DNA from: Macrostomum lignano
Lineage: Eukaryota
Reading direction: 5' to 3'
NCBI GenBank assembly: GCA_002269645.1
Contig: NIVC01000583.1
Location: 310,001 to 374,000, forward strand
DNA length: 64,000 bases
The position numbers and the translations under genes were made by a program. Positions 1 through 10,792 of the stretch are shown piece by piece (position 1 is the first letter of the stretch; each line of letters starts with the position of its first letter). The notes below the pieces were generated by a model that was not told the DNA's origin, did not search any database, and saw nothing but the letters and a program-made list of their open reading frames with translations.

Positions 1-788
1 ATACACTAGAAAAATCCTTTAAAATGGTTGCTTAGGCCATGTGCCAGAATGAATCCTATTGAATAAGTTTGCTTGCACTATGTGCCAAAACTATTTTACA
101 ACAATTTTGTTTACTTAGCTTAAGGTCCTTGACTAAAGTCTTTCAAGTACTATTAATACCTTGTCTTATTGACTATTTTTGGTTTGAAAAATATTAATAA
201 AGCTTATATTTGAAAATGATTAATAGCAAATAAGTTGAAAAATAGCAGTTAAAAAATGACTAAGATCACTTTTATTTTCTAGGAGAACCCTTATTTTTAA
301 GAATTTACAACAGGAAATTTATCAAAAACCCTTAGACCTATAAAATGTTATTAGATAGCTAATTAATATAATTAGGCCCTAACATAGTGGCACATGACCA
401 AGATGGCTACATAACAAGATGGCCATAGCTCTAAATGTCTAAATAGATAATAATAAGCCTAGGGCTAGGTCTATACATTTCACTCATTTTCTATTAGTAA
501 TAACTTGTATTAGGTATAGATCTTCGAGTCTTAGAGAAATATATGCTATAATAGAATTATATTACATTATAATCATTCCCTTTGGCTTTGGCTTTAGCTT
601 TTATTGTAGCCTGATATATAGATATTTATCTACTAAATAAAGCCAATAGGCCTAGCCTAGCATAAAATAAATACCTTGTTGCATATTCATCCCATTTTTT
701 GCATAGCATTAGGCCTTACCACTAGCAATAGTTTCTTGATAAACTGATAGTGATAGATTTGATAGATATAATGATAGGGAATAAATTG

Positions 789-1422
789 GGTGCGCAGTCA
801 TTTCGTCTGCCGTCTTTTTGTCTGCCAGCAGACGAAACGACTTTTTAAAATAAGTAGCAAAATAGGTTTCATAAATGGCTGAAATTAATTTATAGTTTAC
901 TTTTAATAGTTAGAATTTACTAGTAATTTTCAGATTTAAAATTAGATGTAATATTTGTATTTTTTATTTTGCTTATCGCAATGTTTCCAAGAAGACCAAT
1001 TATTCGTATATAAGCATTAATTGAATCTACGTAATGAGCTGTGAATGGGATTTATAATTTGTGCGCATGTAACTTACTTATAATAAGTAAAATAATTCTA
1101 ACTCGACTAATTGCTTTTGAGCTTTGAAGCTTTGGAAAGTTAAGAGATAATATTGAATGGGTTCGTTCAATTGTGTAGTTTATTAAATATAAACAAAATT
1201 ATTCAGAAATTACTCGTTTAAGTCATTACTACTAAGAAATGATCCTGATATCTTAATCAAGCTATTATCTCAAATATCTCTAATCTCAAATTAATGACAA
1301 CAACTGACATATTTACACTTATTAAAACTTTACTATTCGTTGGCAGACGAAACGACTGTATCGTATTCTTACAGACGAAAGGGTGGCAGACGAACTGGCG
1401 GCAGACGAAATGACCGTCAACT
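789..1422. mobile_element. Non-autonomous TIR element (MITE, Mutator-like ends)
   Basis: GTCATTTCGTCTGCCG (797-812) is inverted as CGGCAGACGAAATGAC (1399-1414), with further GCAGACGAA motifs subterminally. ATAAATTG is duplicated on both sides (781-788, 1423-1430). Confidence 0.7.
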
Positions 1423-1914
1423 ATAAATTGACACAAACACTAAAAAAAGTTTTTGTATTATGGGTAATTAGTTTCAAATCTTTTATAGTATTAGACTATT
1501 AGTATTTATGAATTATATTGATTAAACATCATAATTAATATAACAATAACTATTAAGTTGTTGGTAAATGGTAGAGAGAGTAAATATAATTGAGATTCAA
1601 TGTTGTGGCCATCTTGGTCTTATACCAACATAGTGGGTCCGTGTTTTTACCGAGACGGACCGAGACGGACCGAGACGGACTACGAGTCCGCGTAATTAAC
1701 GAGACGGGCCGCGACTCGGTCTATTACCGAGTGTAAATGTAATTATATGTTTACCGAGACTAGGGATGTCGACCCCGGGGAGCTTGTCGGGGAATACTCC
1801 TCGGGGAATTGAACCGGGGACCCCGGGGAGAAAAAATGCATTTTTAACTTAATTTTTGCTATTAAAATAAGAAAATCATTCACAGAGAGCTGATTGAAAC
1901 TGTCTGTCTATGCT

Positions 1915-4112
1915 TCATAGTCCAGTGAGGGGCTTCATGGTCCAGAGCAGTTTGTTGGTAAACATGACCGCTGTGGTTTTCGACTCTGAGAGTCTAAGGC
2001 CACATTGGTTTGCCCAACGCTCCGCTCATCCTAGAAAGCCCTGCAGAAGATCTCTGATGGTGTCAACCGAGGGGCCCGCGCAAATCGCGGTCACATCATC
2101 GGCATAGCCCACCTTGAGAATGGGGTCGTGGAGATCACTGCAAAGCAACTCATCCATGACCATGTTCCAGAGAACGGGGGTGAGAACTCCGCCCTGGGGC
2201 CCCCTTTTCGGACAGGCGCCGAAAGAGAGCTGCCGTTTAGGTGGGCCACAACAGTGCGGTTCCGGATCATGAACATGATCCACCGGACAAGGTGAGGGTT
2301 CGTGGCCCTGGATTCCAGGGCTCTGCAAAAGGCCTCGAAGATGATGTTGTCGAAGGCCCCCTCAATGTCAAGGAAAAGCGAGAGGGCAAAGCCGCTGCCA
2401 AGAACGGCCCTCTCCAGGAAGTCAACAATGACATGGAGGGCACTCTCGGTAGACCTGCCCGCGCGGAAAGCGTACTGGTTCTGCGAGAGTAGGAAGCGCT
2501 TCAGCTCGACCGAAAGTAGGCGCCAGAGCACCAGTGTCTCGAGGAGCTTGAGGCAGAAAGAAGTGAGGCTGATAGGCCTGAAGGCCTTCACCGATTGGTA
2601 ATCGCTCTTTCCAGGCTTGGGGATAAAGACCACCTGGGCCTCTCTCCACGCAACTGGTACATATAGCCCAGCTCCACACAAGCTCGAAGGAGACGACAGA
2701 AGAAGTCCAGAAAGCGGTGGTTTTTCACTGCTTCGTGCAAGAACGCTGGGTAGATGCCGTCGGGCCCAGGCGCCTTGAATGGGTTAAAGGACCTTGTCGC
2801 TCTAATAATGCGGTCTTTGGTGATCATAGACTTTGCTAGGCCTTGCCCTCGAACCACTGTGTGGTCAGGCGGGCCCTGCTGAGTCGGAGATTTAGGGAAG
2901 AAACTGTTGAGCATTAGCTTTAGAGTCTCTTCAGAGCTCTCTGTGACCGAGCTGTCAGGTCTCTTCACAACAGAGTTTAGAAAAAACGGTCATTTGTGAG
3001 TGCCTTAACCACGCGGGCTACGGGGCGAGAGCCCTCAAGCCCTTCGCAATACTGGCGCCACTTAGCCGTCTTGGCCCTTCTGACTTGGCCCTTAAACTCG
3101 TGGATCGCACGGGTATAGGCCTCTCTGTCAGATGGGTCTTTGGTTTTGAGCGCTCGTCTTTGGGGGTCCTGGCTCGGCGCCGAAGGGCACCGAGCTCTGG
3201 GTTCCACCAGGGAGCAGATTTCTTGCCTTTATAGGCTTTTATAGAGCAGGCTGCTTCAAAGGCAGTGGTGATCGCCCTGCCCAGGGAGGAGGCGAGATCA
3301 TCCACCACCTGGCAATCAGAGAGGTCACTGGGGGGGGGGTCAAGATCCCGAAGGCCGCGGCTCAGCTTCGAGCCAAAGGCGGCCCAATCGGGATTCCTGA
3401 CGTTCCGACTCCAAGTGACCTTAGGCTTTTGCTTGGTCGGCCCAATGCAAAAGCGGATAAAGCGGTGGTCCGAGAGCGAGTCCTCGCCCCACACTCGCTA
3501 GCCCGTAACTGCGGAAAGCAGTCCGGGTGATGCGATGGTGGTGTCGATGACTTCGGCCCACCGCCCATTATTGAACGTTGGTGCATTGCCCACGATACAG
3601 AAATTGAGGTTAGTGCTGCTGACATAGGCCAGCAGTTCTTTGCCTCTGTTATTGGTGTTCCTGCTGCCCCAATGCAGGTGGTGTGCGTTCACATCCCCTG
3701 CAATGAGCAGCTCGAACCGACGGGACGCGGCGTAGTCAATGAGGTTGACTAGCGCGTCGCAGACTACTGGGACATCGCCTGGGAAATAGGCATATGCGAC
3801 CAGCACGGGTTTATTGGAATGAGGTTATTGATTTGAACAACACAGATGTCCCCAGTCGAGAGATCAGGTCTCATCCATGCCTCAAAAGCTTTTGCAGCAA
3901 AGACCAGAGATCTTGGCCGAGGCTGAGAGTCCGCCATGCAAAAACAGTGATATATAGCCAGATGGCACATTATTTGGCTTACCTTTAGTCATCCAGGGAT
4001 CCTGCACGAAGACCAGGCCCGGAAGCTGTTGCTCTGTTGTGCGCATCAAGTTGACTGACGCCGCCACACAGTGCTGGGTGTTGATCTGCGGACACCAGGT
4101 TGCCGCTGGCAT
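1915..4112 (-). pseudogene. Disrupted ORF2 (AP endonuclease + reverse transcriptase) of the LINE
   Basis: Domains are split across ORF-track pieces 3882-4112, 3498-3806, 3018-3494, 2977-3207, 2588-2968, 2091-2681 and 2026-2328 by several frameshifts and stops. Confidence 0.9.
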
Positions 4113-5246
4113 CAGTGCAGATCGGATGTTGCAGCCGCCAGGAGTTCCTCCTCCTCCTCGGGGCTCACCGGCTTCAGGTCCATGGGCTCTTCTTCAGCAG
4201 AAGGCCCCCGATTGGACGGAAGACAATAGGCAGCGTTCGCCGCCCTTCGCCCACCAGCCATGGGGTCCTCCGCCTCAGATTGGCCCAATGCCCTGGAGCA
4301 GCCAGCCGCCTGGGCAGGCGGGTCCGTCTCCAGTCGGCCCTGACTCGAGTGGCTGGGCCCAGCTGGGGCGTCCCCACCCTCCCTAGACGAACCGGTGCGC
4401 CTAGGCGTCCCGGCGACCTCTCGCCTCAGCTGAGTGATTTTGGCGGTACGGACTGCCTCAGCTGCACGCTGGTACAGGCCGCGCCGCTAGGTGCTGCGCG
4501 CTGGGCGTCGGTCGCCTCCGCCCTCAACGGCGCGCTTAGCTTTGCCCGCGCGGCCGTGCTGCCGGGCGGGGCGGTTTGCTTTGGCAGTCTGGGCAGAAGC
4601 TCGCGCCTCGGCCTCGGCCGCCCCCGCATCCCGCCCGCCCTGCTCACTGCCCCAGGGAGGATTGGCCTCGTAGGAGCGGATGCGCAGCTCGAGGCCCTCT
4701 TCCGCCACCGCCCCAGATTGGGAAGCTTCCGCTGCCGCGGGCCGTTGGCCCCTGGCACCGGTTTGGCTTCCGCCCTCCTTGGCCCGCCTCGCCTTGTTAA
4801 GTCGACGGCGGGCAGCTCCAGAGGTGGTGCTCAGCTGCTTGGCAGCTGGAGTAGCAGGTGTCTTCTCGGAGGCACCGCTCAGAGTTGGCTCCACGGGTCT
4901 CGCCGAGGCGTCCCCGATGGTAGCAGGTGGTATGGCCGCGGAGTCCACATCCCCAGCCGAGGCTGGAGGCACTGTGTCATCCACAGCCGGTTGAGTACTT
5001 TGGTTAGAAGCCATTGGCTGGAAGTAAAAATGGGACTTCCTGCAGAACACAGGCAAAGAGCCGCAAGGCCCAAACCAACCCCAAACCAAGCGGCAGGCCC
5101 CCAAAAAGCAAAATACCACCCTGCGGGGGGACCCAAAAGCGCAAGGGGAACCGTTAGCGACCAGACTACTCCCTGGCCAAGCGTCAATCAGCACGGAGTT
5201 ACACTGGGACATTAGAGGGTGCGTTTATATGGTCACACCAGGACCC

Positions 5247-5393
5247 GGCGCCAACGAATTAGCTCGGCAAGGCCCAAGAAGGCCTGCCTTAACACCCACG
5301 GGACGAGTACCCTTCGAAGTGCGCCTTGCAAGGTGAAATTCAGGAGACAGAGTCTCTTGAGCTATCAGCCCGCCAGGGGAGGCAGGTGTGAGC
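5247..5393 (-). ncRNA. HDV-like self-cleaving ribozyme (predicted) at the LINE 5' end
   Basis: Minus strand: P1 GCUCAC/GUGGGU; P2 GGCGC..CGAA/UUCG..GCGCC; P3 GGG/CCC; L3 UACUCGU; P1.1 AC/GU; P4 GGCAGGCC/GGCCUUGCC; J4/2 GAGCUAA with catalytic C at 5262. Confidence 0.75.
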
Positions 5394-5542
5394 ATCGCTG
5401 ACTGGGATAAAGGCCATACCAGTCTCATACTGCACAGATAGCTCACCACGACATTGTGTGCAGGACCCGGGGTCCTGGGGGCAACAGCCCCCAGCCAGCC
5501 CCAAGGTACATGTAGCTTGATCTGTGAGCGAGCAGTCTAGGT

Positions 5543-6340
5543 CATAGATCTTATATTCCCTAGATGGACCACTCTGTGTACTTGGGCGCGCCCATAGACC
5601 CAGTGTATTTCGTCTACTTATAGTTTAAGTTCAGTAGCTTGGGCGATACGTGGATGCATTTTTTGTGCCATTATTGCCTGATTGAGAAAATTTGAATATA
5701 TTTTGCACGTTTTGTGTCCCATCGCAGTCCCCTGGATTGTAAAACTGTTCAGACAAACAAATTAACAAATTAACAACGCGTGTAGAAGGCAAGCAGGCAG
5801 AAACAAAAGACAGGCACGAAACAGAAAGCAGCATTAAAGAATCGGATTCAAACAGGCAAGCAGGCAGTGTAGAAGGCAAGCAGGCAGAAACGAAACGTCA
5901 CCTGTATCAGGTTTCTTCTATCAATGTCTCCGTAACAATGCAGGCTGCCTCATTGGTAGAACTATCAACTTCCGAACCACTCGTACTTGTTCCTTTGGCA
6001 GCTGATGAGGACAAGCAGTACTAGTTATGATGGTGAGCTCTCTGACAGTTCTCAAGTCAATGTCCGGATCATACTTGCTTTTTTCGGTACCAAATTTTAA
6101 CATTGTTTTGATAGAGAGTGGCCTATAGGGGCGTAGCCGGCTAGCCAGGAATTTCCTACGGGGGGAATACACCAAGTTGAATTTTCTACGGGGGATACAC
6201 CAAAGTAAAAGTGCTCACATGGTAGCATGTATAGCAACAAAGGGCAAAAAAAGTTTTGGTCAGGCTCTTCGGGGGGATACATCCCCCTATCCCCCCTCCC
6301 TACGCCACTGGTGGCCTATCTAGGGAATATAAAATCTATG
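5543..6340. mobile_element. Non-autonomous DNA element with CATAGA termini (P- or hAT-type, 8-bp TSD)
   Basis: TIR CATAGATCTTATATTCCCTAGAT versus ATCTAGGGAATATAAAATCTATG. The match extends to about 33 bp once the nested MITE is removed. TSD GTCTAGGT (5535-5542, 6341-6348). Confidence 0.85.
6126..6310. mobile_element. hAT-type MITE inserted in the right TIR of the 5543-6340 element
   Basis: Ends TAGGGGCGTAG / CTACGCCACTG. Perfect 8-bp TSD GTGGCCTA (6118-6125, 6311-6318). Confidence 0.85.
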
Positions 6341-8351
6341 GTCTAGGTCCTATAGCTAAGAGAGGGACAGCGAGAGACAAGCAGGGAGAATTTTGAAGGT
6401 AGAGATTAGCTAACCCGCCGCCACCGGCTCACCAAACCGGAGCTTTTCGAAATCGGGCTTCTGACTAGAGGGGGCTTTGCACTTACCTGACATCAGTGTC
6501 TTTTTGCTGTCAATCTCGTAGTCATAGCCGATGATAAGGGACACTTGATGTGTTCCTTATTACCCGCCCTTTTGGTAATCAAAGAACACTCACTTCTAGC
6601 TCAACAGCTAGGCAACCCAGTAAGTCAAACGAAGGTATTCAATTACCTTTAATCCGGATTTGAATTTCTTGAGTAGTTCTCGCTAGGAACTCGTCAGTAG
6701 ATCTCGTAGATCAGGCGCCTTGATTCTTCAGTTGCTCTGGTCCTGGTTCCTCTTGTACTTCCGATAAGTTCTTCCGGCCGGTATCTTCCGTCAGGACCAA
6801 TCAGAGGCCTCGTAGCAACAATGGGTACCCTGCGCCAAACTGCAGTCTAAATTAAGCCTCCTTCTTCTAGCAGTGCCTCTATGCACTCTAGGTATAGCTC
6901 CGGAAACCACTGATAGTCCTCTAAGATCTATCAGGGGCAGTCCTTCTGGAGACTGCAACCAATGGAGTCTAAACAGACTCAAGAGTCTCAACAGACTCAA
7001 ATAGACTCGAGTCTCAATAGACTTGAGCGAGACGTCTCTAACACAACGGGCGCAAATAAGGAAGGCTTACCGCAACAACTCGACCGAGTCTCGATTGACT
7101 TGGTAGATCAGGAAGTCCTCCTAAGGCTTCCTCTTCGGAGCGCTCCTCTTCCGTGGGGAGTATGACTCCGGTACCGCTTCAGATCGCTTGTATTTATAGG
7201 CAACTTTTTGCTCCAAAATAGCATCATTACAATTCACGTGTTGCGCTAAAAGGGGAAAATGGCTCATGGCGTATTATTCTGGTAACATCTTTTCCTGGTA
7301 GCGTGATTCATTCAAAGCTTAGGCGCACATGCGTGTACTTACTTACTTATAGTAGTATTATACGATTATCTTCTTTTTTCTGTTTTTGCGGGAGGCAGAA
7401 CACTCTACACACTGCTGGGACTTGATCGCATTTCCATAACAGAACAAAGTACAAAAAGAGCCCATCACTACTATATGTATACTGACAGTAGACTAATTGT
7501 ACAGAGCCCATGTGCGAGAGAAGAATGCGATAAAAAAATTCTTTGTAATGACCACTAACGCACACGACACTTGACCTTTAACAAAAGAGGAAAATTCCCA
7601 GGAGAAAACCCCAGGGAGAAAGGAAAAAGACCCTGGGGTCTGGAGGGCCTCCTGGCCAGGTAAGGTTTGAGGGGTCTCGACCTCGAACAATCAGAACAAA
7701 CCTAGTCAGCATCGGCCTGTCATATCGCAAAATTTAGCGCGTTTATAACAAATCAATCGCAGAATTCCTATAAAAGGCTCGCCCCTCTCGACGTCAGCCC
7801 GCGTTTTGACCGCTTTTTGATCTGTGCTGGCTCTGGGAACCACCAACCCCCCGTCAACATTAGTCTTCGTGCCCCGTCAGCTTCGGCTTCAATGGCTAAG
7901 TCTCCCTAATCAACAGCGTCAGCGGCGTCCCTGTCTCCATCTACATTTAAGAGCAGCAGCAGCATCCGGCAAGTGAGAGCAACAGCAGCGCTCATCAGCG
8001 AGATCAGAATTAGCATTCCGTCCGGGCGTTTCGGTCTCTGTGGATCCTTGGCAACCGGCCAGCAGTTAGGTTCTCTGATTGGTCGGGTGAGAGGCTTTCT
8101 TGACCTCGAGTGCTGGAGTCCAATTGGACAGAACGGCCGGCAATAAAATCGCTCTCAATTAATCAAAATAACGAAGACTTGAGCAACGCTTATCAATTGA
8201 TAATATTATCTCCAGAGATATAGCCTCGATTAGCTGCTCTGACAAACCACAAGATATATCTTTGAGGCTGCTCCGAGTCTGAGATTTCAGCTCGGATTTT
8301 TCGTTTGTATTTATAGACAAATTTTGATATATATTATATAATTATTGGTAA

Positions 8352-8495
8352 CATGACTCATACTTCATCATAAGTTGCAATCATGATTCATATTTCATCA
8401 AAGTTGTAATCATTATTCATATTTCGTCATAAGTTGTAATCATGATTCATATTTCATCATAAGTCGCAACATGATTCGTCTTCCATCATAGTTTT
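8352..8495. repeat. About 30-bp tandem repeat, about 5 copies
   Basis: Degenerate copies of CATGATTCATATTTCATCATAAGTTGTAAT. Confidence 0.75.
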
Positions 8496-9604
8496 GCTAT
8501 ACGCTGTTTACGGTAGTCTTACAGTAGCATTTAATATGATACTCTACAGAGATTCATTTCTGGGCTCTGAGGCTCGAAGCTACAGGCTTAAATAGGCCGA
8601 AACCATCACTGAAAAAATCGAAATGTGTATAAAATGCAAAACAATTAGAAGATCTTGTTACATGTACATGCATGTGTATGATTTCATGAACTTTCTCCGT
8701 GGGGGATTCGAAAGCATTCGCCTTGGATGCGTTTGAGCACTCGACAATGAGCTGCAATGGCTACAACGGTTCATTGTAGCTCCAGCAGTAAAACAAAAAT
8801 CGAAAGTGGTATATTTAGCGTTTTATATACGAGCGTAGATACATGTACGCTCGTACTGTAAGTAATGTTTATTTGCAATACAATTTCTATTTTACTATTA
8901 TTACAATTTCTGCGCTATTAAATAAACACAATAAATCAAATGAAACCTAACTAAATATTTTTATAGAGTGCTCGGACGCACCCATTGTGTACCTCATTGT
9001 GGAGTGCTCTAACGCACCACTTGGCCCGTCTCGTTAATTACGCGGACTCGTAGTCCGTCTCGGTCCCGTCTCGGCTCCGTCTCGGTAAAAACACACTCCC
9101 TGTAGTCCGTCTCGGTCCGTCTCGGCTCCGTCTCGGTCCGTCTCGGCTCCGTCTCGGTCCGTCTCGGCTCCGTCTCGGTCCGTCTCGGCCCGTCTCGGTA
9201 AAAACACGGACCGCAACATAGTCATAGGCCAGGTTAGGCCTATATGACTATACATCTATAGTTTTAATCATTGACGAGAATAGTGTCAAGGTAATAATTA
9301 TAGATATAGTTACTTACTTATAGTTATACTTATTTATAGGCCCTATTTATAGAGTTATAGCCATTGCCCTGTTGGTTAAAGGACTTAAAGGTACTCGTTA
9401 CTCGTAGAATTGTGCACCAGTGACAGTGATGAAGATGCAAATCATGTAATGTGACTAGACTCCAGAATTTTATTTTCTGTAGGCCTATACAATTACAAGA
9501 CTCTACATTCATTGGATAAAGTCAAGGCCTAACTAGCCGGTTGGAAAATCTAAAGCCATCAATTATTGCATTATAATAGGCCTAACCTGTGGTGAGACTA
9601 ACTC

Positions 9605-9749
9605 CCCAGCGGGAAATTTGACGGCCGTGTAAGCTTTCTGTGTGAGCTTGTGTGTCATTCATGCGATGTGATTCCTGAGTAAAGTTTTAATGTGTGCGCT
9701 TAAAAAGCTCACACAGAAAGGTCACACAACCCTCAAATTTCCCGGCGGG
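9605..9749. mobile_element. 145-bp MITE with 44-bp imperfect TIRs (CMC/EnSpm-like)
   Basis: CCCAGCGGGAAATTTGA...CTTTCTGTGTGAGCT is inverted at 9706-9749. Putative 2-bp TSD TC. Confidence 0.65.
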
Positions 9750-10263
9750 TCGGCTAAAACAAAAGCACTTTCATGGAAAAGACAATTTTTTAAATTCCTT
9801 CAAAACTGCTTCATAATGTACTCGTCGTAAGGTAGCTTGAGTCTGAAATTAGTAGTGGTAATGCCCACGTTAGGAAAATAATGGCCTAAAGTGTGTTAAG
9901 AAAGCAAAAAAGTTTTAAGTTTTGTTAAAATCAGTTAAAAATTAAAAAATTCCGAAAGTGCGCCTAGGTTATTATGTATAAAACACAGTGGCGGATCCAG
10001 GGGGGGGGGCGGGGGGGGCGGCCGCCCCCCACTTTCGCCGTGGCTGGACTTGCATGGAAGGGAGATATTTTAATTTTGGGCTCCTCAACCCACAAAGTCC
10101 AAGTTCTTCATTATATTTCCATTGCTTCTATGGTCTGTCTGCTTTTCCTTGGAATGGAATTGCATCCCATGGAACATTGTCGGTTCGGTTTTATTTATTT
10201 CTAGCCAAACCATTGGCAAGAGAGAAGCTAAGTTAAGTTATGATAGTAAGAGTAGGGTGAGAG

Positions 10264-10512
10264 CACAGACCAAGAAAAGAAATATAACTAGACTGCGCAT
10301 CCCGCATTTCTTGCTTGGGCTTGTTTTTGACCAAATGACAGTGGAAAAAAAAGAGACCCCGACAAGCTGAGTTGGCTGAGGGTAAGAAGAAAGGCCCGGG
10401 CACAATTATCGATCGTGGGGGAGTGGGCGCTGGGGTGCCACTTTTCCTACTAGGAAAAAGGCACAACTTTTTTTACCCTCATGCGCAGTCTAGTTATATT
10501 TCTTGGTCTGTG
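10264..10512. mobile_element. 249-bp MITE with CACAGA termini nested in the hAT 5' region
   Basis: TIR CACAGACCAAGAAA(AGAAA)TATAACTAGACTGCGCAT. Perfect 8-bp TSD GGTGAGAG (10256-10263, 10513-10520). Confidence 0.85.
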
Positions 10513-10792
10513 GGTGAGAGAGACACTGAGACTCTGAGAGAGACTTGGGGTGGGGGAATGGAATGAAAAGGGGTTGAAAGGCTTTTCCTCCCCCATTTTG
10601 GGGTTCAGACTTGAGAGCAATGTACATTGCGTCAATGCGTCTTGCGAAAACCAGCGAAAGCTTAACAGCCTGCTACAAAGGACAAATAGTTTGAGCCAGT
10701 CCCGGCTATCTGTCTACACTCAACACCAATTGAACTTGAAGTCCGTAAAATCCATTTGGCAAGTCTTAACATATGATGCACAATCACGAAGA

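Larger units (their letters stand above)
1915..5393 (-). mobile_element. Non-LTR retrotransposon, LOA/R1-type, 3'-truncated and frameshifted
   Basis: ORF1-like region (from about 5014, TSGAARRRLNKARR). APE endonuclease motifs VQDPW, AGDVNAHHLHWGS and SDHRFI. RT motifs KAPGPDGI, FRPISLTSF, QYAFR, FLDIEGAFD, PQGGVLTP and YADD. Reads on to WANQCGLRLSESKT and stops near 1915. Confidence 0.92.
1635..9213. mobile_element. Large Mutator/Foldback-like non-autonomous element with nested insertions
   Basis: Long TIRs at 1635-1710 and 9023-9213 are built of CCGAGACGGA repeats plus GGACTACGAGTCCGCGTAATTAACGAGACGGGCC. Perfect 9-bp TSD CAACATAGT (1626-1634, 9214-9222). No transposase recognised inside. 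Confidence 0.85.

Noticed and set aside
4100-5215. 371-aa plus-strand ORF and other overlapping ORFs
   Set aside because: Antisense shadows of the GC-rich LINE ORF1 region, with no domain features.
6002-6070. CTGATGAG hammerhead-like core
   Set aside because: No stem II closing onto GAAA and no stem I/III pairing could be found.
6478-6492. ACTTACCTG resembling the U1 snRNA 5' end
   Set aside because: No U1 body follows. It is simply the reverse complement of a splice donor.
10550-10792. N-terminal extension of the 937-aa ORF
   Set aside because: It begins at a non-ATG codon in promoter-like sequence. ATG 10793 is the more plausible start.
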